In this document: in pieces, positions 1 through 13,301 of the stretch | Layout of the letters: each line of letters opens with the position of its first letter | How positions within the stretch are numbered: the stretch's first letter is position 1 | Assembly: GCA_003568945.1 (NCBI GenBank) | Contig: BDIP01000033.1 | Location: 1 to 40,275, forward strand | DNA length: 40,275 nt | DNA from: Kipferlia bialata | Lineage: Eukaryota | Reading direction: 5' to 3' | The notes under the pieces: model-generated | Told to the model about the DNA's origin: nothing | Seen by the model: the letters and a program-made list of their open reading frames with translations, nothing else | The model's database searches: none | Made by a program: the position numbers and the translations under genes

Positions 1-52
<52 letters not shown>
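1..52. repeat. (AT)n microsatellite, representative of the abundant intronic (TA)n, (GA)n and (CA)n tracts
   Basis: Perfect AT dinucleotide run at the window start. Confidence 0.95.
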
Positions 53-54
<2 letters not shown>

Positions 55-196
55 TTATATATATTGATCTATATATACCTGCTGGGCACTCAATACCAGT
101 TCGTACAGCTTGTTGTTCAGTCTTATCTATATATATACACCACTAGTCATATACCAAAGACAATATATAGTACATTAGTAGATATCATGAATATAC

Positions 197-3147
197 CTGC
201 TGTGCACTGAGGACCAGTTCGTACAGCTTGTTCTTCTGGGTGCCATTGTCGGGGTCACCGATGTCCCTGGGGATAAATACAAATAAATATATACCATTAA
301 TATATACCACAATATATATATATACTATATACCACAATGTCCCTGATGTCATATATATATAGTACTCATATATATATATATATATATATAAATATGAATA
401 TTTACAAATATATACTGATACTGCCATTGTCGGGGTCACCGATGTCCCTGGGTAACCGTAAACAAATATATGTGAATATCCAAATTGGCGAAATGATTCA
501 TGAATAGAGTCCAAAGATAAGTAGGACATAGACATACGAATGTATTTACCTTGCAATCTGGATGACTAGATATATATATACAAATATATATATATACCAT
601 TAATATATACCATAATATATATACTATATATTAGTCAAAATATGCATACACATATATATACATATATACATATTCCATTGGAAACAATAATATGCTACTA
701 TTAATATTCATATCCAAATATATATACATGCATACCTTGCAATCTGGATGACGGTCTGCTGGGTGAAGGCCTGGAGACAGATCCTAAGGTTAGATTAGAG
801 ATTATATCTGTTCTGATAATATCATACTATTGTTCTAGCAAATAGAACAATTCCATTGTTCTACTTGTCTTTCTACATACACATATATACCGTAGAAATA
901 TATGTACCCGAAAAATATGAATTCTACTCTATCACTCCACACCTGACATGTGCAGGGCAGGGGGGACAGTGCACTATTGTATATATATACATATCATATA
1001 TCACTCTCTCTCAATATATACTATATACCCTATATATACTCTCTACACACTGTATACTATACTCTGTACCTGACCATGTGCAAGGCAGGGGGGACAGGAC
1101 TATCGAATATACATATATGTATATACTCATCTATATAGTATGTATATATATAGAGTATATACTGTCTGTATCTGTCTATATATATAAAATGAATAGTATA
1201 TCAACTGTATAGTATATATATATATATATACATGTACCTGACCATGTGCAGGGCAGGGGGGACTGTGCTGACTAGTACATCTCTCTATCTCTCTATATGT
1301 ATATATATGTATGTATTCTATATATGTGCTGTCTCTCTATATATACACCCCTTACCTGACCATGTGCAGGGCAGGGGGGACTGTGCTGTTGAAGGTGGCA
1401 TCCTGGGGGTGAGAAGTAACATACAATAGTAGTAGTAGTATTTGACTATGGCAACATGGAAAAAGAGTCGAAAAAGAGTCGAAAGAGAGCGAGAGAGAGT
1501 ACGATGAGTAATAAAAATGGTATACATACGAGTATATACACATAGATATATACACACACAGAGTGCCTGTGGGATATATATACCATATTGATACACCAGG
1601 TACTAGAGAGGTTGAGAGGTTGAGATGTGAATACTTGATATGTAAAGATACAAAAAGCATGAATTGTATGTATGACATACATATATATCCACTACCTGTG
1701 GCATGCACAGTGGTATACATACATAAGTATATACATAAATATACACACATATATATATATATATATTAATATATACACATTCAGTACCTGTGGCATGCAG
1801 AGTGGCACCAGGTGGGGCAGGATCTCAAGGCATATCCTGAAGAGTGAGAGGATAGAAGACACGGAGTACAGATACACTGTAATGAATATAGATTACATGT
1901 ATAATACATATACATACAAATACACACACAAATAATACAAGGACATATAGTAGTGAATACATACTAACCTGGCTGGCATTGTCTCCACATACTGGTACAT
2001 GAATACGTAAACACTATACTACGTCTACCATATTCACTACACATAGTAATAGTCTATCGATAATTCTAGATATATCTAACCTGGCTGGCATTGTCTCCAC
2101 ATACTGGTACAGAGTGTATATATATATAATAATAATATATATATGGATATTCATATATAATGAGTTTCATATGTATATTAACCTTGCTGGCATTGTCTCC
2201 ACATACTGGTACAGAGTGCGGGAGGCCTCCTGGGCCTATGGTGAGATGGACAGATACCAAACAATATATATATAATACTATAGCCTGGGCCTGTGGTGAG
2301 ATAGACAGATACAATAATAGTACAGGACAATACAGTATTACTATACTATACTATACTGTTGTAGATATATGTATATATGATGTAAGGTACAGAGTGCGAG
2401 AGGCCTCCTGGGCCTGTGGGTCAGAGGGATGCTAAATAGAACTTAAACATACATTCATAATTGCTAACCCTATGCTTATCACATCGAGAACATACTATTG
2501 ATACACATATGCTACACTGTGCACTACTCACACCTGCCGAAATAGTTATATGGACTCTACAAACCTACACATCTTAGCTACTTACCTTTGCCAACAGTTC
2601 CAGGTGTGATGCCGTTGGTAACTATATGTATACACCCATATATATATGTATACTTCATATGCATTATCTATCATATACCCACCTTCGCTACTAGCTCCAG
2701 GTGTGATGCCGTTGGCTGCTGGCCATTGGAGGCACGGGGCTGGGTGAGATGTTACCGATGATTTATGACAATACATGAAATGCTAACACACATGCCAAAT
2801 GTATGCTGCTGCTTGGAGGCAGGGAGTGCGAGGTACATGTATGCATGTATTGGTATATGAAACAATACCAATAAATATATAGATGAGTGTAACTAACCTG
2901 GTCAATATGCATGTGGAATGCGATCCCCCCATTCCTGTCATCCACTGCTCCAAAGGACACACAGGCCCGGATGGCATCCCGGGCACGCCTAAAGTAAGTC
3001 TATAAGCAATGAATAAGTCATGCATACAGACACACACACATACACACACATATATACATATATAAATAATATACATATTTGACACACAGGCACGGATGGC
3101 ATCCCTAGCACGTCTAAAGGTGAGGGACATACTATATAGGTATACTA

Positions 3148-3182
<35 letters not shown>

Positions 3183-6100
3183 CTGCTCCAAAGGACACAC
3201 AGGCCCGGATGGCATCACGGGCACGCCTAGAATGAGAACTCTACTAATCAACATGGTGAAATGTAATATATACATATAAGTAGATGTACACACATGCCCC
3301 GATGGCACGCCTTGGAGTGAGGGTAGAGTACACCACACTACACTATATGCTTTGAGTATACTATTAATACTATATGACTCTATTGTATGACTCACTTAAG
3401 TACCGCCATGTCTCTGTCGTAGTTGCTGGTGTCCCTGCTGCTGTTGATGAGGTGATCCACAAGCACCTCAATCTCGGCTGGGGTCAGGTGATGTACTCTT
3501 ATACTAACTTTGAGAATTTATAGCTCGAATATACTCGCTGACTATGCAATACCTGCCACATTGGCCAGCTTGAGCCATGCCGATGACATCAAGGGGGCGG
3601 CAACGGGTAGCAGCCTGGTATCAGTATGAGGTGTATATGTATGCAATATATGTACATAAATAGGATTGCTGTATATAGCTGGTTGGAGTCTGAGGGTGAG
3701 CATATGTATCGATACTACTGTATGTATTACACTACAATACCTTGGCTGGAACTGGTGTGTCTCCCTGACCTTGCCCACCAGGATGCAGAAGTGCTCCATA
3801 CACCGGTAACAGGCTAGTGTTAGTATACAAAGAATACAAGTATTCAATAGTATATATGGTATATAGTATGTTGATATACTTATCGGTATGCAGAAGTGCT
3901 CCATGCACCGGTAGCATGCTGGAATTAGATGATGATAAGTGAATATACCATATCACAAATGAGATATAATGCATCAGTATCATTGTATAAAACTCAACTT
4001 CCCATAGGAATGTCACTGCCTGGTTGCCACTTATACAGTTATACACATATATTCTTATATTGGATATGTATACAGGTACCAGTAAACATATGTACTTGTT
4101 ACCTTCCCCCAGGAATGTCACTGCCATATATATATAAATATATAAATACATACATATATATATATATATACATACATATATTTATATGTAATTGGATAGA
4201 CATTCACATAGAATCTATACATATTTATGTATATATGGCCTTTCTTACCTTCCCCTAGGAATGTCACTGCCTGGTTGCGCCTCTTGGGCTGCTTACAGGC
4301 ATGGACCTGGGTTAGATCATTATACAGATTATACAGAGATTTACAGAGTATGTAAAGGCATGGACCTAGGTTAGTACATATACTCAAAGGAAATGACTGG
4401 CACACACATAGAGAACAAGACATACAGTTAGTAGTAGAGAGTACGAACCTGGTTTGTGATCTCGACCATCTCTGCATAGACCCTCTCACTACTAAACCTG
4501 GGGTGGGGGACATAATATACATATCACAAGTACATACTACATATAAATACTATATGAATATGTAATATGGAAACCGCTGAACCTGGGGTGAGGGATCAGA
4601 GAGGTAGAGAGACCGTAATATATGCTATTATGTATCAGTTCCACTTACATTGCGTGCTGCAGACTGATGTCTGCTGATATCCTGGGCTGTACAGCTGACC
4701 CATGTACTATATATANNNNNNNNNNNNNNNNNNNNNNNNNNNNNNNNNNNNNNNNNNNNNNNNNNNNNNNCTATATATATTATATATATATACTTCTATC
4801 TATATATGTCTTACATTGCGTGCTGCAGACTTATATCTGCTGATATCCTGGGCTGCACAGCTGGTACAGCAGCAGCAGTGTTGAAGGCATGGGACACAAT
4901 GTCGGTGCGGCCTACATGTTAGGAATAGAGAAAGAGAGTGTTTAACATGGAATGTACCATAAGTATATATATAATATAGGATACATAATGTAGTGTTGAA
5001 GGCATGGGACACAATGTCGGTGCGGCCTGAGGGTAGGAGAGATTTGACTGTCAAGCAAGTGATATGGGAACGAAGAACCACATGAAAGAATACAGTATAC
5101 ATAGAAAACTCAACGGACACTCACCCAGTATCTGGTAGAGCCCTGCCATCTTGAGGCACATCCTGGCATAGAGGTTGTTGCGGTACGTCCTGGGGTTAGA
5201 TATATAGATAAATAAATCCCGTGGTACAATTATTCAATATAATATATATATAATTATATATTATATATAATTATATATATAGTATATTATTATATATATA
5301 TATTATTATATATATATATTATATATATATTATAGAGGTTGTTGCGGTACGTCCTGGTGTTAGATTAAGTAAACTCATGATAAAGTATCACTTCAACACA
5401 CTACATAAGGTGTATATACTATTAGTAATGTGTTGCGGTACGTCCTGGGGTTAGATTAATAGACAAATCCCATGGAACAATTATTCAATACCACACACAA
5501 TGTATAATAATTAGAATATTGCTTGCTACTATAAAGTTAACTAAAGTGTGTTATGAATATATAGTGAAACATGTATAATATATCCACGTACTTGTTGGCC
5601 AGAGTTGACAGTGCAGCACTGACGTCAATGGGTGCAGTCACCGGATGCTCCTGCTTGACAACAGTCTCTCCCTCGGTAGGGGCAGGGTCGTCCTCCTATA
5701 TGATGAGCACTCAGTATATATATATATACACACAATATATGCAAAGTATACACTATGAGGATGTAATAGTACTTCTTGATATATACAGTTCACAGACCTG
5801 GGCAGACACAGTAATATACATACACACTATTTGTATGTATCACTTCTATATATACAATATATATTATATACAGTGGCTAATTGTCCCACATACCTGAGCA
5901 GACACAATGTGGAGTCGGGACATGGCACCTGGGGTGAGAATACAGGTATATAACTATATATATGTATAAATGATACATACACACACACACACAAACAAAT
6001 GTATAATTATATATATACATGGAACCTGGGGTGATATCTAATTATGTTAATACACCGCTAATAGTAACACTAATCTAAATACATACAATACGCACTGTTG

Positions 6101-6525
6101 AGACTGTGCACTGCATGTTACAGGATACGTACACATATTATATATATGTATATATATATGTGTGTGTGTGTATGTATGTACTGTATATATATATACATAT
6201 AGTAATAATATGAAATATATTTGTATACTACTCTATACGCACTGTTGAGCCTGTGCACTGCCTGCTGGTACATACCGTATACATACTATATATATGGAAT
6301 ATATATACATACATATATATACATCGTAATAGTATCCAATATAATACTATACGCACTGTTGAGCCTGTGCACTGCCTGTTGGTACATACTGTACACATAC
6401 TATATATATGTTTAGATAGTATAATATATATACATATATATAGAGAGAGAGACATATGCTATGCGTACTGTTGAGCCTGTGCACTGCCTGTTGGTACATA
6501 CCGTATACATACTATATATATGGAA

Positions 6526-6556
<31 letters not shown>

Positions 6557-8671
6557 GTTTCCACACATGTATAATGTGTTACGCACTGTTGAGCCTGTGC
6601 ACAGCCTGTTGGTACATAGTATATATATACTATATATATTGTATATATACATGTGTATATATATGTAATATATATATCTAGAGAGAGAGGGAGAGAGATG
6701 GTTCGTACTGTTGAGCCTGTGCACTGCCTGTTGGTGCATATCGTACATATATAGTATATACATATATATATATATATGTTTCATATATATACACTATACG
6801 CACCGTTGAGCCTGTGCACTGCCTGTTGGTACCGGCCACACTCATGGTCGATGGAGGCTAGGGCAATGGTCCTAGGATGAGGCATACACTTCTATATGTA
6901 TACACATATGTATGTATATATGTATAAATACATCAATATATGCATAAGCCAACATATTTGGTCATGATGGTCCATATACACATCCCAATACCTTGCGGGT
7001 ACCGTAGGCTCTGGTACACTGAGGCTGTGACCCATAGGATATATATATATATACATATCAATACCAATATATATATATATATATATTATATACCTTGCTG
7101 GCACAGTAGGCTCGGGCACACTGAGACTGTGCACAAGAGGCACACCAGTACCGGACTGCATGGACACAGTGCGTCCATCCCTCTCTCTCTCTCTCTCCCC
7201 CTGTGCAAGTGGGGTAGTAGCACCGAAGTACCCTGACACCCTGGGGGTGGGGGCACCACTGTCATTGGACATCCTGGATGGTTAGTACAGACTCAAGTCT
7301 ACGATAACGTATATACACATTGCCAATATACGAACCCAATATATGTAGAACAAACTAGTGACAGAATATTGTATACATCCATACATATCCCATAATATAA
7401 TACCCACCTTGACAGTCTGTCCCTCCCGTCAATGAAGAGTCGGTGACGCCAATATATACGTATATTGCTATATACTAGTGCTCGGATATGAGTATGATAC
7501 ACATAGATATGAATACTCATATTTATAGCCCTCAAGTACCTTGACAGTCTGTGCCTCCCATCGGTTGATACTGATACTGATACTGATACTGAATGACTAT
7601 ATATATAATGACTATACATATATAATGACTATATATATACCTATATATTACTATATCCTCATACCTTGACAGTCTGTGCCTCCCATCGGAGAAGTCACCG
7701 GAGCATGTGACCTAGGATGAGTCATCTACATACACACATACAAATCGGACATTGAATATACATGAAGAGCCATACAGAGAAAGAAATACTGGGTATAGGC
7801 ATGGTGGGATGAGAGGGGTAACACGAGTGACATTACACTCATGGAAGAAATGAGAGAGTGATACACTGATATAAAAGAGTGAATATGATCACGTCACTGG
7901 ATCACATAGAGAGAGAGAGAGAGAGTATATCAACCTGGTGTGCCTTTGCGAACTCCAGACAGTTGGACAGGGTGGAGACAGAGGCAGTCAGACTGGGAGT
8001 CAGAATAATACAATGATATATACTATATATACATATATACATATTCATATATATATAGATATTAGGTATATTGAGAAGAGTAGTCTCCAGACAGTTGGAC
8101 AGGGTGGAGACAGAGGAGGTCAGGCTAGGGGTTAGATTAAATCAATGATATATACTATATATATATATAGAGACAGAGAGATATTAGGTATATAAAGACA
8201 GGGTGGAGACAGAGGAGGTCAGGCTGGGAGTCAGAATAATACAATGATATATACTATATATATATTTAGAGACAGAGAGATATTAGGTATATAAAGAAGA
8301 GTAGTCTCCAGACAGTTGGACAGGGTGGAGACAGAGGAGGTCAGGCTGGGGTTAGACTAATACTACACGAAAAGGATCACATATCTACATTTTAGGTATA
8401 TTAAGGAAATTCTGTAGAATATACATATGTGATCGTAAGAAAGTCAGATACGAGGGTAACAGTGATATTGACGAACTATGTATATCATTCTACGCATGTG
8501 AATATGTGTGTATATATGTATGTTGGTACACATGTATACCAACCTCTGATAGGATGGGTGCTGGGGTCCGAGCATACTTGCCCGTTGCACAGTGAGGGAT
8601 AGATCCCTGGACAGAGACTGACACAGAGAGGCTAGGGGGGCATTGCGCCTGGTGTCAGTATACTGATACTT

Positions 8672-8708
<37 letters not shown>

Positions 8709-8782
8709 CTGGCACAGAGAGGCAAGGGGAGCATTGCGCCTGGGGTCAAAATACATACCGTAATGTATCTACATGTATATTT

Positions 8783-8825
<43 letters not shown>

Positions 8826-8899
8826 GGCACAGAGAGGCAAGGGGGGCATTGCGCCTGATATCAGTATGTATGCCGTACTGTATCTACATGAATACTTAT

Positions 8900-8937
<38 letters not shown>

Positions 8938-11625
8938 TATGTTACAGAGAGGCAATGGGGGCATTGCGTCTGGTGTCAGAATGAATCCATGTATAGATGC
9001 AATACCCCACTACTCTATACATTGTCTCAGGCTGCAGCATATGTTGTCAAGGGCCCCAAGAATATGGAGTAGTATATATAGTAAGGTGTATAGTATAGCG
9101 TATATATACATATATACTTATACGGTATTTACCTAGTCCCAGGCAGCACGATGTCGAGTGCCCCCCTTGTGTACTTATAGAGTACATGGTATGTAGTATT
9201 TGTATATTTATAGAATAAACAGGTATATATATGTCCTATGTACCTAGTCTCAGGCCTCAGCATTATATCCAGTGCCCCCCTTGTGTACTGTGCCATCACA
9301 TAGTATGTAGTATATGATTATATATATATATATGTATACTGTATATTCTGACCTTGTTTCGGGTTGTAACATAATGTCGAGTGCCCCCCTTGTGTACTGT
9401 GCCATCACTGACTCAGAGGTCACAGTCTCTCTCTCCCTCTCTCTCTGGCTCTCACCACTCTTCATACTGTTTGCTTCAGGTCCCCACTTGGTCAGATTGT
9501 CAATCATATCAGTAGTGGCAGGACTGTCCAAACCCTCCGCAGGGGGGGAGAGAGAGAGAGCGAACTGGGGGATGGGGGCAGTGCCAGCACTCTCGCGCAG
9601 CTCAGCACTGGAGGGTGAGACATATACACATTCAGTGATATATATCTGATGGTACTACCATAGTACGTACCACATCATCTCTAACGAGTCCCTTCTTCTG
9701 TCTGACCCCAGTTGGGTCAGGGCACATATAGAATAACTACTATATATATATATATAATATACATATATATATATGTGTGTGTGTGTGTGTTATACATATA
9801 TCACATACCACATCATCTCCAGTGAGTCCCTTCTTCTGTCTGACCCCAGTTGGGTCAGGGCCCGGTGAATCAAGTCGCCATACTGGGAGATGGAGGCATA
9901 GCCTGGTGGTAAGACAATGTGGTTGTACTACTGTATGCATGGAATGTGATATCTATAAAACTTCAGATACTATGCCTAGTAGTATTCTGGCAGTATTCTA
10001 GTAGTATTCTTACCACCGTTACTCAACAGTGACACTAAACATGGTGGTCTGATCACACTGGGTCACAATACAATAGTATGTATTGTTGTATATATATAGA
10101 GAGAGAGTATACATATAAATATATGTATATACACTCATACCATCATTACTCAATAGTGACACTGGGCATGGTGTCTGGGAGGCAGTAAAGATAAATATAT
10201 AGAATATACATACTCATAGTATCCTTATACTATTATATATATCCATACCATCATTACTCAATAGTGACACTGGACATGGGGTCTGGGAGGCAGTATATAT
10301 ATACATATAGAATATGTGTATATATACATATATATTCATATATATGCTACACATACCATCATTGCTGAGTAGTGACACTGGACATGGTGTCTGGGAGGCA
10401 GTCGCAAAGGCATGGTCCGTGGCTGGAGGGTTAGAACCATGGTTACACATGTACAATATCAATACTAATACAAGAATTTACAATTTATCATTAACATATA
10501 TGTATGTATATACCATCAATTGCAAAGGTATGGTCAGTGGCTGGAGGAGTAAGAATCTTGTTACACTTCAATAATAACAAGTACACTGTATACAATATAT
10601 AATGTATACCTGTCCACATGTCTATGGTGTGCAGGGCATAACCAACATATCACTGAAAATATAATATGTACACATATATATAATACACATACATATATAA
10701 TATATGTACCTACATATACAAAGATAGGTATATATACATAACATACCTGTCCACATGTCTATGGTGTGCAGGGCATCACCGGCTAGGTTCAGACACAACA
10801 TGGCATTGACCACGGCTGGGAGTTAGTTACTGAATGCTGCTATTACAAACTAGTATACATACTAGATTGTATAGACACATCCATCTACTAATAACCATGT
10901 CAGGTTCAGACACAGCATGGCATTGACTACGGCTGGGGGTGAGCTATAAAGTAACTATGTGGAATATATACTACAGGATCAGACACAATTCCGATGTATT
11001 GTGCAATGTGTCCCACCTCGCGTATCCACCTTGAACCAGATGTCTGCCAGATACATACTCACTAATACGATGTATACACATCCATATGAGGGCAAATATA
11101 CACAACCTGATAAAACACACCTCTAGTGTCCACCTTGAACCAGCTGTCTGCCAAGTGCATAATACATTCATATACATATACACATATATACATGTGTAAC
11201 ACATGTATATATACTAATACTTTATGATATATACATACAGCTACATACCTCTAGTATCCACCTTGAACCATGTGTCTGCCAAGTGCTTGGACATGGTCAG
11301 AATCATGTCCCTGGGGTGAGTGGATTCTGTGTAAATAGTACATATATCATAATAGGGTATATACATGTCATAATAGTATGTCTACCAAGAGGATATATAC
11401 AGTATCCACATATCATATACTATATGCTAAAGACATATACATACCTAGGCATCTCCTGTCCCCCTCTGTTGGGTACATATATCATGATATATCAATGTAT
11501 ATACCTACATATATATATATACATATATGCTACATATATATATACCCATATACCTTGGCATCTGGTGTCTCCTGTCCCCCTCTGTGGGTGTCAGCATCAG
11601 TCTCAGGGTGTGGAGCACAAGGGAT
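197..11625 (-). CDS. 3' portion (27 exons, 3'-incomplete), probably the same gene; weak resemblance to the FAT region of PIKK-family kinases (ATR/ATM/TOR-like)
   Basis: Exons in transcript order: 11554-11625, 11249-11310, 10747-10815, 10357-10422, 9809-9902, 9353-9607, 8544-8648, 7935-7992, 7665-7711, 7094-7273, 6804-6871, 5894-5928, 5592-5695, 5125-5189, 4815-4911, 4449-4497, 4249-4306, 3741-3813, 3553-3614, 3396-3477, 2898-2988, 2683-2739, 2183-2235, 1788-1836, 1356-1402, 736-783, 197-266. Phases chain without stops. Peptides SAWLKLA, VETMPARICLEILPHLV and RICLQAFTQQTVIQI recall the end of the PIKK FAT region. No kinase motifs lie in the window, so the family call is only about 0.35. Confidence shown is for the coding structure. 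Confidence 0.8.
4716..4770. other. Assembly gap (N run) inside an intron
   Basis: 55 Ns flanked by (TA)n. Confidence 1.
5190..5199 (-). promoter_or_regulatory. Representative fused branch point and 3' splice site, CTAACCCCAG
   Basis: Plus-strand CTGGGGTTAG. Variants CTCAC/CTGAC/CTTAC-CCCAG close most introns, with no polypyrimidine tract. Confidence 0.85.
6089..6830 (-). repeat. Array of six donor-side half-exon copies of exon 6804-6871, separated by (TA)n-rich spacers
   Basis: Unit TACGCACTGTTGAGCCTGTGCACTGCCTGTTGGTAC recurs near 6090, 6237, 6350, 6463, 6580, 6703 and in the exon near 6798. Confidence 0.9.
7094..7273 (-). CDS. Internal exon (180 nt)
   Basis: Acceptor CTAACCATCCAG; reads MSNDSGAPTPRVSGYFG...HSLSVPEPTVPA; GTATA donor. 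Confidence 0.85.
9353..9607 (-). CDS. Internal exon (255 nt)
   Basis: Acceptor CTCACCCTCCAG; reads AELRESAGTAPIPQFALS...DSPATTDMIDNLTKWGPE...ALDIMLQPET; GTCAG donor. Confidence 0.85.
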
Positions 11626-12066
11626 CTGAGGTGATTTTAGTATAATTAAGAGCAATATACATATATATGGAATACATGTATGCATACACATATATATAGC
11701 ATCAGTCTCAGGGTGTGCAGGACAAGGGATCTGGTATTATTACACCTATATGCATACATATATATATATATATATATATATGGTGTATATATATAGAGAG
11801 AGATAGTAGATGTTGGTGTCAGCATCAGTCTCAAGGTGTGCAGGACAAGGGACCTAGTATCAGCAATTCATTCTATATCTATCATTCATTCTATATATAT
11901 GGGGAGAGAGAGATGGTATCAGCCTCAGGGTGTGCAGGACAAGGGACCTATATGTAAGACATTTGGAATATATATATATACAGAGAAAGAGATGGTATCT
12001 GTTGGTGTCACCCTCAGGGTGTGGAGCACAAGGGACCTGGTATAAGATACTAAGTCCATATATACC

Positions 12067-12112
<46 letters not shown>

Positions 12113-12256
12113 CTGTTGGTGTCAGTCTCAGGGTGTGGAGCACACGGGACCTGGAATATTAGTCATTTGGTATGAATCAAACATATACGGTAGTACCAGT
12201 CTCAGCGGGGGGGGGGGGGGCATATCTTGATACCGATGTGGAGAACAAGGGGCCTA
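11590..12256 (-). repeat. Array of acceptor-side half-exon copies of exon 11554-11625
   Basis: CTCAGGGTGTG(G/C)AG(C/G)ACAAGGGA(T/C)CT recurs about six times; variants are synonymous in the SLVLHTLR frame. Confidence 0.85.
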
Positions 12257-12343
12257 CAAGTACATGTATATGTATATTGACCACCCAACTTGACACCAGC
12301 AGCACTTGAATCGTAGGAGTGTCCGTATAAGACTTGATATACA

Positions 12344-13144
12344 NNNNNNNNNNNNNNNNNNNNNNNNNNNNNNNNNNNNNNNNNNNNNNNNNNNNNNNNN
12401 NNNNNNNNNNNNNNNNNNNNNNNNNNNNNNNNNNNNNNNNNNNNNNNNNNNNNNNNNNNNNNNNNNNNNNNNNNNNNNNNNNNNNNNNNNNNNNNNNNNN
12501 NNNNNNNNNNNNNNNNNNNNNNNNNNNNNNNNNNNNNNNNNNNNNNNNNNNNNNNNNNNNNNNNNNNNNNNNNNNNNNNNNNNNNNNNNNNNNNNNNNNN
12601 NNNNNNNNNNNNNNNNNNNNNNNNNNNNNNNNNNNNNNNNNNNNNNNNNNNNNNNNNNNNNNNNNNNNNNNNNNNNNNNNNNNNNNNNNNNNNNNNNNNN
12701 NNNNNNNNNNNNNNNNNNNNNNNNNNNNNNNNNNNNNNNNNNNNNNNNNNNNNNNNNNNNNNNNNNNNNNNNNNNNNNNNNNNNNNNNNNNNNNNNNNNN
12801 NNNNNNNNNNNNNNNNNNNNNNNNNNNNNNNNNNNNNNNNNNNNNNNNNNNNNNNNNNNNNNNNNNNNNNNNNNNNNNNNNNNNNNNNNNNNNNNNNNNN
12901 NNNNNNNNNNNNNNNNNNNNNNNNNNNNNNNNNNNNNNNNNNNNNNNNNNNNNNNNNNNNNNNNNNNNNNNNNNNNNNNNNNNNNNNNNNNNNNNNNNNN
13001 NNNNNNNNNNNNNNNNNNNNNNNNNNNNNNNNNNNNNNNNNNNNNNNNNNNNNNNNNNNNNNNNNNNNNNNNNNNNNNNNNNNNNNNNNNNNNNNNNNNN
13101 NNNNNNNNNNNNNNNNNNNNNNNNNNNNNNNNNNNNNNNNNNNN
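12344..13144. other. Assembly gap (N run)
   Basis: 801 Ns. Confidence 1.
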
Positions 13145-13301
13145 ATATAATTATATTTAATATAAATCCTATTGTATCATTGTATCTTTAGTATATATAT
13201 ACACATATATTAATACCTGCACTGCTGTATCTGCCTCATGCCCCTTGTAATAACATTGTATTCTTATATATATAGATATATATATATACACATATTAATA
13301 C

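Noticed and set aside
4815..4911. Cys-rich zinc-finger-like peptide CRPHRHCVPCLQHCCCC
   Set aside because: Wrong frame; phase chaining gives GRTDIVSHAFNTAAAVPAVQ.
6089..6830. CRISPR-like array of about 35-nt repeats with spacers (also 23660-24147 and 14140-14726)
   Set aside because: The repeats are copies of an adjacent exon end plus splice site; spacers are microsatellites of irregular length; no cas genes; eukaryotic context.
12306..13191. 284/285-aa ORFs in the track
   Set aside because: Artefacts of translating the N-gap.
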